A stretch of 62,822 bases of DNA from the NCBI GenBank assembly GCA_030447245.1, contig JAUJPG010000033.1:1-62822 (forward strand). Reading direction: 5' to 3'. The stretch is from Chloroflexota bacterium (GTDB lineage: Bacteria > Chloroflexota > UBA6077 > JACCZL01). Below are positions 38,461-49,399 of this stretch, piece after piece (position 1 is the first letter of the stretch; every line of letters begins with the position of its first letter). A model generated the notes under the pieces. The model saw only the letters and a list, made by a program, of their open reading frames with translations, ran no database searches and was not told where the DNA came from. Position numbers and translations under genes: made by a program.

Positions 38461-39982
38461 CTGGAACGCAGCTCGCGCTTCAGCACCTTGCCGGTCGGGC
38501 TCTTCGGCAAGGCCGCCACCAGCTCGACAGCGCGCGGCACTTTGTACTCCGCGATCTTCGAGCGGCAGTAGGCGATCAGCTCGTCCGAATCGACCCGCGC
38601 GTCAGGGTGCGTGACGACGAACGCTTTGACCTGCTCGCCGTACAGCGCGTCCGGCGTCCCGACCACCGCTGCCTCACGGACGGCGGCGTGGGCGAACAGC
38701 AGCTCCTCGACTTCGCGCGGGTACACCTTGAACCCGGCCACGTTGATCATGTCCTTGACCCGATCGACGATGAACACGTAGCCGTCCTCGTCGACGGTGC
38801 CGATGTCGCCCGAATGGAGCCAGCCGCCGCGCAGCGCCTCGGCGGTTTCTTCGGGTCGGCCGAAGTAGCCCTGCATCACGATGGGACCGCGAATGCAGAT
38901 CTCGCCGAGCGCCCCGACCGGGACCTCGCGATCTTCGGCGTCCAGAATCTTGACCTCGACGTTCTCGACCGGGCGTCCCGACCGAGCCGAGCTTGAAGCG
39001 CCATTCGTGGTTGTAGCACGCGAACGGCGAGCACTCGGTCAACCCGTAGCCTTCGACGACGTGCAGCCCGAGGCGCTCGTGCCATCGCTCGGAGATCTCC
39101 TGGGGCATCGTCGCCGCCGCCGAGAAGCAGATCCGCAGTCCTGCCACCAGCTCGCGCGTAACCCGCGGGTCGTTGAGCAGGTGGATGTACATCGTCGGGA
39201 CACCGTAAAGACGCTGATGCGCTGGTCGGGGATCGCCCCGACAATCTCGTCTGGCGCGAAGCGCTCGTGGAGGACGAGCGTCGACGCGGCTGTCACCGAG
39301 GCGTTCAGGATGAAGTTCTGGCCGAAGACGTGGAACAGCGGCAGCGCGCAGAGCAGCCGATCGTCAGACGTCATCCGCAGGTGGTGGACCGTCGCGTTGC
39401 TGTTCGCCACGACGTTGGCGTGGCTGAGCATCGCCCCCTTGGGCTTCCGGGTCGTGCCAGATGTGTAGAGGATCGCTGCCGTCGCCTCACGGTCCAGATC
39501 GACGGCGCGCAATGGCTCACTATCGGCCGCGACCTCATCCCAGGGTAGCGCGCCATCGGGAGCCTCGCCGACGACGACCAGGTGCCGCACGCTCGGCATC
39601 TGCCCGCGCCCGGCAGGTTGCCCGGCGAGGGACTCGTCGGCAACGACGATCGCCGCGGAGGCATCCGCGGCAATGAAAGCGATCTCGTCAGCCTTGAGCA
39701 TCACGTTGAGGCTGATCGGGATCGCCCCGATCTTCAGCAGCCCGAAATAGGCCAGCACGAACTCGGCATGATTCGGCAACAGCAGACAGGCGCGATCGCC
39801 CGCCCGCAGGCCGAGCCGCGCGAAGCCAGCTCCAGCGCAGCCCGCCGCGCGGTCCAGCTCGCCATAGCTCCAGCTCGCGCGCTGCGCGACGAGCGCCTCA
39901 CGTTGGTCGCGGCCACCATCCTAAAAAGAAGATGCGTCGGTTCCTGGAGCGCCGCGCGCTCGAGCATCTGGGCAACGTTCAT
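38457..39982 (-). CDS. AMP-forming acyl-CoA ligase (multiply frameshifted)
   Basis: 'YTSGTT..PKG', 'PLFHVFG', 'EGYGLTE', 'SGD', 'VDRVKDMI', 'LPKSPTGKVLK' spread over four ORFs. Confidence 0.85.
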
Positions 39983-40165
39983 CGTCGGGTCACCCGCTCG
40001 CTCCTGCTCACGCCAGGACGCCGTTGCCCTGGGCATCAGCTCACCTGGTCGCGTGCCACCATCCTTAGGCCGAGCCGAGGGGCCGTCAAGCGTGGCAAGG
40101 CGGCCAGCCACCAGCGCGCGCGTGCCCCCTAGGGCGACGTCGCGGCTCGGCTCCCCGTCCCGCGC

Positions 40166-41341
40166 TCAGTACGACTTGGGCATCCCGAGGACGTGCTGGC
40201 CGAGGTAGCCGAGCACCAGGTTGTTGTTGATCGGGGCGACGATGTAGAGGCGCGCCTCGCGGAACTTGCGCTCCACGTCGTACTCGGTCGCCAGGCCGTA
40301 GCCGCCGTGCACGGTCATGCAGGCATTGGCCGCCTCCCAGGCCGCCTCGGAGGCAAGCAGCTTCGCCATGTTCGCCTCGGCGCCACACTTCTGGCCGCTG
40401 TCGAACCTGGCCGCCGCCTTGTAGCGGACAAGGTCGGCCGCCTCGACGTGCGCGTACGCCTGGGCAATCGGGAATTGGACCCCCTGGTTGGCGCCGATGG
40501 GCCTCCCAAAGACCACTCGCTCGTTCGCGTACTTGACCGCCCGATCGACGAACCAGCGTCCGTCGCCAACCGACTCGGCGGCGATCAAGATACGCTCGGC
40601 GTTCCAGCCATCGATGATGTAGCGGAACCCCATGCCCTCCTCGCCGATCAGATTCTCGGCCGGAACCACGAGGTCGTTGATGAACAGCTCGTTCGTCGAA
40701 TGATTGACCATCGCGTCGATTGGGCGCGACTCGATCGCCGCGCCGGCCTCGCGCAGGTCGACGAGAAAGACGGACAGCCCGCGCGTCTTATCGGTCAGGT
40801 CATCGTACGGCGTCGTCCGCGCCAGTAACAGCATCAGGTCGGACTGCTTGAAGCGCGAGGTCCAGACTTTCTGGCCGTTGATCACGTAGCGGTCGGCCTG
40901 ACGAACCGCGGTCGTCTGGATCCGGGTCGTCTCGGAACCGGCGTTCGGCTCGGTGACGCCGAAGGCCTGCAAGCGCAACTCGCCGGCCGCGATCTTCGGC
41001 AGGTAGCGCTGCTTTTGCTCCTCGTTGCCGTGCTTGAGGAGCGCACCCATGATGTACATCTGGGCGTGGCAGGCGGCCGAGTTCGCCCCTGAGCGGTTGA
41101 TCTCTTCAAGGATGATGCTCGCCTCGGTGATCCCGAGGCCGGCGCCGCCGTACTGCTCGGGGATGAGCGCGGCGAGCCAACCGGCCTCGGTCAGGGCCCG
41201 GACAAACGCCTCCGGGTACTCCTGCCGCTGGTCCAGCTCACGCCAGTAGGCGTCCGGATAGTCCTTGCAGACGTCGCGCACGGCGGCCCGGATCGCCTCT
41301 TGCTGCTCGTGTTGGACGTCGTCCCGCACCGCCACCGCCAT
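40166..41341 (-). CDS. Acyl-CoA dehydrogenase
   Basis: 'IPEQYGG', 'VTEPNAGS', 'INGQKVWTS', 'R.VFGRPIG.NQ', 'HGGYG...EY.VER'. Confidence 0.93.
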   Translation of the reverse strand: MAVAVRDDVQHEQQEAIRAAVRDVCKDYPDAYWRELDQRQEYPEAFVRALTEAGWLAALIPEQYGGAGLGITEASIILEEINRSGANSAACHAQMYIMGALLKHGNEEQKQRYLPKIAAGELRLQAFGVTEPNAGSETTRIQTTAVRQADRYVINGQKVWTSRFKQSDLMLLLARTTPYDDLTDKTRGLSVFLVDLREAGAAIESRPIDAMVNHSTNELFINDLVVPAENLIGEEGMGFRYIIDGWNAERILIAAESVGDGRWFVDRAVKYANERVVFGRPIGANQGVQFPIAQAYAHVEAADLVRYKAAARFDSGQKCGAEANMAKLLASEAAWEAANACMTVHGGYGLATEYDVERKFREARLYIVAPINNNLVLGYLGQHVLGMPKSY

Positions 41342-41402
41342 CGCTGCGCCTCCGTGTGCGTCGCTCCAGTACGGAGAGTGTAGCTGTCGAGCCGAGGCGC
41401 GG

Positions 41403-42434
41403 TCAGGCGGTGATCCGCGCGCCGACCTGTTCGCCGGCGGCGCGGATGGCGTCCCAGGTCGACTCGGCGATGGGGATGCCCTCCTGTTGCCGTGCCAGGC
41501 GGCTACGCGCTTCCGGCTGCCCCGGGATCAGCACTCCGTCCGAGCCTGGAGCGGCCGGCACGCCGGTCACCCGGGCGTTGATCTGCGCCGCCACCTGGCC
41601 GAACTCGTCCAGCGGCCGAACCGCCGCCGGGTCGATCGCCAGGAACACGGCGCCGTTGACGCGGCCACGCTCGTCGCGGACGGCGTCGGCCCCGGTCAGC
41701 GCAATCGACAGCAGCTCGACGACCATCGCCAGGGCAAACCCCTTGTGGCCTCCGAACGGCAGCAACATGCCGCCGCGATAGAAGTCCTCAGGATCGGTCG
41801 TCGGCCGACCCTCGGCGTCGATGATCCATCCTTCTGGGACCGGAGCCTGCTTGGCGCGAGCCACCCGCAGCTTGCCCTCGGCGACCGCGGTCGTGGCGAA
41901 GTCGAGGACGAACGGCGGCCCATCGGCGAGCGGGATGCCGAACGCCAGCGGGTTGGTGCTGAGCACCTTGCCGACGCCCCCGAACGGCGCGGCCGCGAAT
42001 GGACCCGCGCCCCACGACGTCGCGACCATCCCAATCACGCCGGCGGCCGCCGCCTCTTCCGCCCACTGGCCGAGGCGCCCGATGTGGTTGGTGCGGGTGG
42101 CCGTCACCACTCCCACCCCATTCTGCGCCGCCTTGTTTACCGCGAGCTTCATGCACACATGGGCGGCGTAGTGACCAAATGCCCAGGCCGCGTCGACGGC
42201 GATCAGGCTTGCGCCCTCCCGCTCGACGGCCGGGCGGGCGGCCGGCACGAGCTCGCCGCTCTGGATCTGTTCGACGTAGCTCGGGATGCGGATCACGCCG
42301 TGCGAGTCGTGGCCGGCCAGGTTGGAATCGACCAGTGAGCTCGCAACAAGCGAGGCGACGTCATCGGGCGTGCCCGCGGCTCGAAAGATCGTTGCCGTGA
42401 CATCCAGCAGCGTGTCAGCGGGGAACGTGACCAT
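41403..42434 (-). CDS. Ldh_2 family (malate/L-lactate/L-sulfolactate DH-like) oxidoreductase
   Basis: 'GHDSHG', 'NHIGRLG', 'TNPLAF', 'LDFATT', 'PFGGHKG', 'PG.PE'. Confidence 0.9.
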   Translation of the reverse strand: MVTFPADTLLDVTATIFRAAGTPDDVASLVASSLVDSNLAGHDSHGVIRIPSYVEQIQSGELVPAARPAVEREGASLIAVDAAWAFGHYAAHVCMKLAVNKAAQNGVGVVTATRTNHIGRLGQWAEEAAAAGVIGMVATSWGAGPFAAAPFGGVGKVLSTNPLAFGIPLADGPPFVLDFATTAVAEGKLRVARAKQAPVPEGWIIDAEGRPTTDPEDFYRGGMLLPFGGHKGFALAMVVELLSIALTGADAVRDERGRVNGAVFLAIDPAAVRPLDEFGQVAAQINARVTGVPAAPGSDGVLIPGQPEARSRLARQQEGIPIAESTWDAIRAAGEQVGARITA

Positions 42435-42558
42435 AGTCGCCTCCAATCGCCGCCGCGCGGCGAGCAGCTGGAGTATAGACAGCGACGCGCCAGCGCCCGC
42501 ACCAGAGCCCCCCTGAGAGCGGCGGATACGGAATCTCGTACCATGCTACGCTCCGGTA

Positions 42559-42593
42559 TTAGCCTTGACTAACAATTCTTCTCAGGCTACTCT
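42559..42593 (+). promoter_or_regulatory. Sigma70 promoter with overlapping DtxR/SirR-like palindrome
   Basis: TTGACT-N17-TACTCT (42565-42593); TTAG-CCTTGA-CTAA (42559-42572) covers the -35 element. Confidence 0.6.
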
Positions 42594-42683
42594 TACGTCG
42601 CTGGTGTGGCGCGCCCGGGTCGACCGCCTCGACGGTCCACCGCTCAGGGTCGAATGACTCGCTCGTTGAAAGGATTGCACACG

Positions 42684-43724
42684 ATGCGTTTGCCCCGCGT
42701 CCTCCTCGCTGTGCTGGCCACGGTGTCCGCGACCACACTCGTGGCGTGCAGCTCCCTCGGCTCGAACGCTCCGGCGGCTCCTGGCGCCGGCTCGCCGGCT
42801 TCGGTGACCGTGTACTCGGGCCGCGGCGAGCCGCTCGTCGGGCCGCTGCTCGAGCGCTTCACGCGCGACACCGGGGTCGTGGTGCAACCGCGCTACGGCG
42901 ACTCGGCCGAGCTGGCAGGCGCACTCCTGGAAGAGGGCGCCAACACACCCGCCGATCTGTTTTTCTCCCAGGACGCCGGGGCGCTCGGCGCGGTCGCGGC
43001 GCAGGGCCGACTCCAGCCGCTGCCGGCGGAGACGCTCAGCAAGGTCGATCCCAAGTTCCGAGCGCGCGACGGTGCCTGGATTGGCGTGTCGGGACGAGCG
43101 AGGGTGGTGGTCTACAACACGAACACGCTGGCCGAGCGGGACCTGCCCGACACGATGACCGGGCTCACCGACTCGCGCTGGCGCGGAAAGATCGGCTGGG
43201 CGCCGACCAACGCTTCGCTCCAGGCGTCGATCACGGCGCTCCGCCTCCTCGAAGGCGACGCGGCCGCTCGGCGCTGGCTTGAAGGAATCAAAGCGAATGA
43301 GCCCAAGGCGTACCGCAACAACACCGCGGTCGTCCAGGCCGTCGCCAATGGAGAGATCGAGGTCGGGCTGGTGAACCACTACTACCTGTACGCCCTGACC
43401 AAGGAGCAAGGGTCGGCGCTTTCCGCCCGTAACTACCACCCGCGGGATGGCGGTGCCGGCGCGATCGTGAACGTCGCCGGCGTCGGCGTGCTCAAGGGAT
43501 CCAAGAACGCGGCGGCGGCGCAGCGTCTGGTCGATTACCTTCTGACGGCCGAGGCTCAGCAGTATTTTGCCAACGAGACGTTCGAGTACCCGCTGACAGC
43601 GGGCGTCGCGACCCAGCCGGACCTGCTTCCGCTTGGTCAGATCAACCAGCCCGACATCGACCTGTCGAATCTGGCCGACCTGGAGGGGACGTTGCGCCTA
43701 ATGCGCGAGGTTGGCGTCCTCTAG
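42684..43724 (+). CDS. Fe(III) ABC transporter substrate-binding lipoprotein (FbpA/AfuA-like)
   Basis: Lipobox 'LVAC'; 'VYSGR', 'PADLF', 'RARVVVYN', 'LVNHYY', 'FEYP'. Confidence 0.92.
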   Translation: MRLPRVLLAVLATVSATTLVACSSLGSNAPAAPGAGSPASVTVYSGRGEPLVGPLLERFTRDTGVVVQPRYGDSAELAGALLEEGANTPADLFFSQDAGALGAVAAQGRLQPLPAETLSKVDPKFRARDGAWIGVSGRARVVVYNTNTLAERDLPDTMTGLTDSRWRGKIGWAPTNASLQASITALRLLEGDAAARRWLEGIKANEPKAYRNNTAVVQAVANGEIEVGLVNHYYLYALTKEQGSALSARNYHPRDGGAGAIVNVAGVGVLKGSKNAAAAQRLVDYLLTAEAQQYFANETFEYPLTAGVATQPDLLPLGQINQPDIDLSNLADLEGTLRLMREVGVL

Positions 43725-43734
43725 GGTCACCGTC

Positions 43735-45429
43735 ATGGCTGTCGCACCCAGAGAACCGCGCGCCCCTGGCGAGCTTCGCCAGACCGTCGCGGACGCCGAG
43801 CCTGGAGGGACGGCGCGCGGCCAGGCGCCAGGGGCTCGGTGGCGGCGGTCGCTCGGTCGGACGCGCGCGCCTCTGATCCTGCTGCTCCCCTCCGCCCTCA
43901 TCGCGCTTGCGATGCTGCTGCCACTGGCGTATTTGCTCATCCGCGTGGCTGGCGCCGGTCAGGAAACGTGGACGCTGCTCTACCGGACTCGGACTGGCGA
44001 GCTGCTGGTCCGGACGATCGGACTGGCGACCCTCGTCACCGCGCTCGGCGCGGTCATCTCGCTGCCGCTGGCGTGGCTGCTGGCGCGCACCGACCTGCCG
44101 GCGCGGCGGTTCTGGACCATTGCCACCGCGCTGCCGCTGGTCGTCCCTACCTACGTCGGGGGGCTGGCCTTCGTGTCGGCGCTCGGCCCACGCGGGCTGC
44201 TCCAGCAGTCGCTCGCACCGTTCGGGGTTGAGCGCCTCCCGGAGCTGTACGGCTGGCCCGGGGCCGTCCTGACGTTGACCTGCGCCACGTACCCCTATCT
44301 CCTGCTCAGCGTCCGCTCTGCCCTCGACGGCATCGATCCCTCGTTCGAGGAGGCCTCGCGCAGCCTGGGCGTGGGTCCCTGGCAGACGTTCGCGCGGACA
44401 GTGCTGCCGCAGCTCCGCCCGGCGATCTGGGCAGGGGCTTTGCTCGTCGCGCTGTACACGCTGAGCGACTTCGGAGCCGTCTCGCTGCTGCAATTCGACT
44501 CGTTCAGCCGGGCGATCTACACCCAGTATCAAGGCTCGCTCGACCGCGCCGGCGCCGCCGCCCTCGCCCTGGTGCTGGTCGGCATCACCACCGGCATCCT
44601 CGCCCTGGAGGTAGCAGTCCGTGGGAGGGCTTCCTACTATCGCGCCACGCCGGGAGCAGCGCGCAGGGTGAGACGGGTTCGGCTGGGTCGCTGGCGCTGG
44701 CCATCGCTGGCGTTCTGCGGGGCGGTCGTCGGCCTGGCGCTGGTGCTGCCGATCGGCGTGGTGCTGTACTGGCTGGCCGTTGGACTGCGGCAGGCGCCCA
44801 CGTTCGAGCTGCTCTGGGCTCCCACCTGGAACGCCCTCCAGGCCGCGGCGCTAGCCGCGCTGGCGGCCGCGGCGGCGGCCGTCCCACTGACTGTGCTATC
44901 TGTGCGCTATCCAGGTCCGCTGACGGATCTGATCGAGCGTACGGCCTACGTCGGGTACGCCGTACCAGGGATCGTCGTCGCCCTGGCGCTGGTCTTCTTC
45001 GGGGCCAACTACGCCACCCCGCTCTATCAATCGTTGAGCCTCCTGGTGTTCGCCTACGTGGTCCGCTTCCTGCCCCAGGCCGTCGGCGCGACGCGCGCCT
45101 CGATGTTGCAAGTTAGCCCCAGCATGGAAGACGCGGCCCGCGTGCTCGGGCGCGGGCCGCTCGCCGTGCTCACCAGCGTGACGCTACCGCTGATTCGGCC
45201 GGGGGTGCTGGCCGGGGCGGCGCTCGTCTTCTTGACGGCAATGAAGGAGCTACCCGCCACGCTGCTGCTTGCGCCGACCGGGTACAAGACCTTGGCGACC
45301 TCGATCTGGGGATGGGCCGCCGAAGCCCGCTACGCACAGGCCGCTGCACCCTCGTTGATGCTCGTCTTCGTCTCGGGCCTGGCGCTGCTTCCGCTGCTCC
45401 GTGAGCCGCGCCAGGTGGCTCCCGAGTGA
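43735..45429 (+). CDS. Fe(III) ABC transporter permease (FbpB/AfuB-like)
   Basis: Two permease modules: 'EEASRSLG', 'LSDFG', 'EDAARVLG', 'KELPATL'. Confidence 0.92.
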   Translation: MAVAPREPRAPGELRQTVADAEPGGTARGQAPGARWRRSLGRTRAPLILLLPSALIALAMLLPLAYLLIRVAGAGQETWTLLYRTRTGELLVRTIGLATLVTALGAVISLPLAWLLARTDLPARRFWTIATALPLVVPTYVGGLAFVSALGPRGLLQQSLAPFGVERLPELYGWPGAVLTLTCATYPYLLLSVRSALDGIDPSFEEASRSLGVGPWQTFARTVLPQLRPAIWAGALLVALYTLSDFGAVSLLQFDSFSRAIYTQYQGSLDRAGAAALALVLVGITTGILALEVAVRGRASYYRATPGAARRVRRVRLGRWRWPSLAFCGAVVGLALVLPIGVVLYWLAVGLRQAPTFELLWAPTWNALQAAALAALAAAAAAVPLTVLSVRYPGPLTDLIERTAYVGYAVPGIVVALALVFFGANYATPLYQSLSLLVFAYVVRFLPQAVGATRASMLQVSPSMEDAARVLGRGPLAVLTSVTLPLIRPGVLAGAALVFLTAMKELPATLLLAPTGYKTLATSIWGWAAEARYAQAAAPSLMLVFVSGLALLPLLREPRQVAPE

Positions 45430-46514
45430 GCTCGGAGCAGCATTCGACGCGCGCCGAGAACCAGGCGCAGACTGCCCTCGCCCCGCCGGCGGTGAGCGTC
45501 GTCGGCCTGAGCAAGCGGTTCGGGTCAGCGCTCGCCGTCGACGACGTCAGCCTTGACGTGCAGCGCGGGTCGCTGCTGGCGTTGCTCGGTCCATCCGGCT
45601 GCGGCAAGACGACGACCTTGCGGTTGATCGCGGGCCTCGAGCGAGCGGATCGCGGGCAGATCGCGGTGGGCGGCCGGAGCGTGGCGGATGGCAGCAGCTT
45701 TGTTCCGCCCGAGCGGCGGCGCGTCGGCATGGTCTTCCAGGACTACGCCCTGTTTCCTCACCTGGACGTGGCCGGCAACGTCGGATTTGGACTTCGCGAC
45801 CGAGCGCGGCGGGCGGCGCGGGTCGGCGAGGTGCTCGACCTCGTCGGCCTCGGCGGCATGGAGCGACGCATGCCGCGCCAGCTCTCCGGCGGCCAGCAAC
45901 AGCGGGTGGCGCTGGCTCGCGCGCTGGCGCCCGAGCCGGAGGTGCTGCTGCTCGACGAGCCGTTCTCGAACCTCGACCCGGCCCTGCGGGCGCACGTCCG
46001 CGCCGAGGTCCGCGAGATTCTGGCTCGCGCCGAGGCCACGGCCATCTTCGTGACCCACGACCGTGAGGAGGCGCTCAGCCTGGCCGACCAGGTGGCGGTG
46101 CTCTGGCAGGGACGGCTCGCCCAGATCGGGACCCCCGACGAGCTGTACCGACAGCCCGCCAGTCTCGACGTCGCCGGGTTCATCGGCGATGCCGACGTGC
46201 TGCCCGGCGTGGCCCGCGGAGGGCAGGTCGACTGCGAGCTCGGCACGCTCCCCGGGTGCCCGCCAGCCTATGGCGAAGTCGCCGTCCTGGTCCGTCCCGA
46301 GGACGTCCGGTTATGCGCCGACCCGTCGGGAACGGCCGCCATCGTACGCCGAGAGTTCTACGGGCACGACCAGCTCGTCACGGTCCGGCTCCCGAGCGGG
46401 CGGCTACTCCGCGCTCGCCTCGGGCGCTGGCAGTCGTTCGAGCCCGGCGCGCGCGTAGAGATCGCCGTCGACGGCGTGGTCTCCCTGTTCCCAACCGCGG
46501 GCCCCAGCTCCTGA
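45426..46514 (+). CDS. Fe(III) ABC transporter ATP-binding protein (FbpC/AfuC-like) with TOBE domain
   Basis: 'GPSGCGKTT', 'VFQDYALFPH', 'LSGGQQQR', 'LLDEPFSNLD', 'VTHD'. Confidence 0.92.
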   Translation: MSSEQHSTRAENQAQTALAPPAVSVVGLSKRFGSALAVDDVSLDVQRGSLLALLGPSGCGKTTTLRLIAGLERADRGQIAVGGRSVADGSSFVPPERRRVGMVFQDYALFPHLDVAGNVGFGLRDRARRAARVGEVLDLVGLGGMERRMPRQLSGGQQQRVALARALAPEPEVLLLDEPFSNLDPALRAHVRAEVREILARAEATAIFVTHDREEALSLADQVAVLWQGRLAQIGTPDELYRQPASLDVAGFIGDADVLPGVARGGQVDCELGTLPGCPPAYGEVAVLVRPEDVRLCADPSGTAAIVRREFYGHDQLVTVRLPSGRLLRARLGRWQSFEPGARVEIAVDGVVSLFPTAGPSS

Positions 46515-46751
46515 GCCTTCATTCGCTGACCCGCCCCCGCAACTGGCTGCTTGGACTCGTCAGCCCGCTCCTCTGACCGCCGGCGCGCCGGCGGCGGGCT
46601 CGAGGCGCTCGCCAACGCGCTGAGCGAGGTTCGATCCGAAACGTCGACATCGACCACGCCGTGCGGGAACCCATTCCCGCCGCGGCAACCGAGAGGACCA
46701 TATGATGAGATCGCGATCTCACATTCGGCCGACCCAGGACGTTTGCTGAGT

Positions 46752-47015
46752 ATGGGACAGCAACCCTTTGAAGCGATCGTGGCCCAGTACGGGCCGACGG
46801 TGCTGCGCGTGTGCCGCGCCGTCCTCGGCCCCACAGCCGCCGACGATGCCTGGTCGGAGACGTTCCTATCCGCGATGCGGGCCTACCCGAGCCTCCGTCC
46901 TGACAGTAACGTGGAGGCGTGGCTCGTCACGATCGCCCACAGGAAGGCGATCGACCAGCTACGCGCCGCCTCCCGACAGGCGATCCCGAACGACGACCAG
47001 CCGGAAACGCCGAAC
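46752..47015 (+). CDS. ECF sigma factor, N-terminal part (interrupted by the duplicated block)
   Basis: 'PFEAIVAQYGPTVLRVC...ADDAWSETF...EAWLVTIA.RKAID' region 2; the sequence breaks into the inverted copy after ~47015. Confidence 0.75.
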
Positions 47016-47049
47016 ATCGGAACAGCACACCGCGGAACACACCTCACGC

Positions 47050-49392
47050 TGGACGATCTCGGACATGGCGTACAGACAGGACAGTCAGTGGAACGGCCGC
47101 CGCGACGGCAGCCCTGCAGCGCGGCCAGCGCCGCGGCCCTGGAGGGCGTTCCAGGTGGGAGCCCAGAGCAACTCGAACGTGGGCGCCTGCCGCAGTCCAA
47201 CCGCCAGCCAGTACACCTTTTCCCGCCGATCAGCAGCACAGGCGCCAGACCGACGACCGCCCCGCAGAACGCCAGGGACGGCCAGCGCCAGCAGCAGCCG
47301 AACCCGTCTCACCCTGCGCGCCGCTCCCGGCGTGGCGCGATAGTAGGAAGCCCTCCACGGACTGCTGCCTCCAGGGCAGGGATGCGTGGTGATGCCGACC
47401 AGCACCAGGGCGAGGCTTGGCCGGCGCTGCGGCGCGGTCGAGCGAGCCCTGATACTGGGTGTAGATCGCCCGGCTGAAGGAGTCGAATTGCAGCAGCGAG
47501 ACGGCCCCGAAGTCGCTCAGCGTGTACAGCGCGACGAGCAAAGCCCTGCTGATCGCCCGGGCAGGGCTGCAGCAGCATATCCCGCGCAGGCGTCTGCCAG
47601 GGACCCCGCATAGGCTGCGCGACGCCTCCTCGAACGAGGGATCGATGCCGTCGAGGCGGAGCGGACGCTGAGCAAGGAAGATACGGGTACGTGGCGCAGG
47701 TCAAGGTCAGGACGGCCCCGGGCCAAGCCGTGCAGCTCCGGGAGCGCTCAGCCCCGAACGGTGCAGGCGGCGCTGGAGCAGCCCGCGTGGGCCGACGCCG
47801 ACACAGGCCAGCCCCCGACGTCGTGCAGGGACGACTGACCAGCGGCGGCGCGGTGGCGATGGTCCAGAACCGTCGCGCCCGGCAGGTCAGTGCCGCGCCA
47901 GCAGCTACGCCAGCAGCAGCGTACGACAGCACCGAGGGCGCGGTGACGAGGGTCGCCGGTCCAGTCGTTCGAACCAGCAGCTCGACAGTCAGATGCGGTA
48001 GGCAGCGTCCACGTTTCCTGACCCGGCGCCCGGCTACCTTCGGAGGCAAGATGCGCCGTAGAACAGCATCGCCAGCGCAATGAAGGCCGGGGAGCAGCAG
48101 GATGAGTGGCGCGTGGGGCCGGCCGAGCGACCGCCGCCCCCGAGCCCCAGCGCGTGGCCGTGCGAAAACCCTCGGGCTCAGCGTCCGCGACGGTCTGGCG
48201 AACGTCGCCGGGGCGCACGGTTCTCTGGGTGCGACAGCCATGACGGTGACCTGAAGGACGCCAGCCTCGCGCATCAGGCGCAGCGTCCTCCAGGTCGGCC
48301 AGATTCGACAGGTCGATGTCGGGCTGGTTGATCTGACCGAGCGGAAGCAGGTCGGCTGGGTCGCGACGCCCGCTGTCAGCGGGTACTCGAACGTCTCATC
48401 GGCGAAATACCGCTGCGCCTCGGCCGTCAGAAGGTAGTCGACCAGTCGCTGTGCCGCTGTCCCGTTCTTGGTTCCCTGGAGCATGCCGGCACCGGCAGCG
48501 TTCACGATCGCGCGCTGCCACTGCCGCGCGGGTAGTAATTGCGCACGGGCTTGCCCCTCGCTCCTTGGTCAGGGCGTAGAGGTAGTAGTGGTTGACCAGG
48601 CCAACGTCGATCTCGCCATTCGCGACGGCCTGGACGACCGCCGGTGTTGCCGGTACGCCTTGGGCTCCATTCGCCGCCAGTTCCTTCAAGCCAACGTTGA
48701 GCGGCCGCGTCGCAGGGAGGGCGGAGCGCCGTGATCGACGCCTGGAGCGACGCGTTGGTCGGCGCCCAGCCGATGCTCGCGCCAGCGCGGTCGAGCAGGC
48801 GGTCATCGTGTCTGGCAGGTCCCGTACGGCCAGCGTGTTCGTGTTGTATACACCACCCGCGCTCGTCCCGACACCGCCAATCCAGAGCACCGTCGCGCGC
48901 TCGGAACTTGGGATCGACCTTGCTGAAGGCGTCTCCGCTGGCAGCGCTGGAGTCGGCCTGCCGCGACCCTTTTCGGGCGCGCCGGCGTCCTGGGAAAAAC
49001 AGATCGGCAGGTGTGGTGGCGCCCTCTTCCAGGAGTGCGCCTGCCAGCTCGGCCGAGTCGCCGTGGCGCAGTTGCACCACGATCAGTGTCGCGTGAAGCG
49101 CTCGAGCAGCGGCCCGACGAGCGGCTCGCCGCGGCCAGTACACGGTCACCGAAGCCCGGCAGGCGGCGCCGGGCGCCGCGGCGCGTTCGAGCCAAAGAAG
49201 CCGCCACGAAGGTGGTCGCGGACACCGTATACGAGGACGCAGGGCCGACGCATCGTGTACAATCCTTTCGATGGGCGAGTCATTCGACCCTGGTGGGCCG
49301 TCGACGCGGTCGTGCAGGCGCGCCACGCCAGCGACGTAAGAGTAGCCTGAGAGGAATTATTAGTCAAGGCTAATACCCGGAGCATAGCATGC
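47050..49392 (-). repeat. Inverted, error-rich copy of ~42540-44930 (Fe ABC promoter, fbpA, 5' part of fbpB)
   Basis: For example TTAGTCAAGGCTAA near 49360 is the reverse complement of 42559-42572; minus-strand ORFs repeat 'LVNHYYLYALTKE' and 'LYTLSDFGAVSLLQFDSF'; many indels. Confidence 0.95.
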
Positions 49393-49399
49393 CACGGAC

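Noticed and set aside
36758-39982. Programmed frameshifts or true pseudogenes (also at ~11160, ~54838, 55.6-58.2 kb)
   Set aside because: Indels cluster regionally, often in G/C runs, with motifs intact on both sides and no slippery heptamers noticed; sequencing error is more likely.
46551-47477. ECF sigma factor with a novel C-terminal extension
   Set aside because: The extension is read-through into the inverted copy; the true C-terminus is at 52376-52792.
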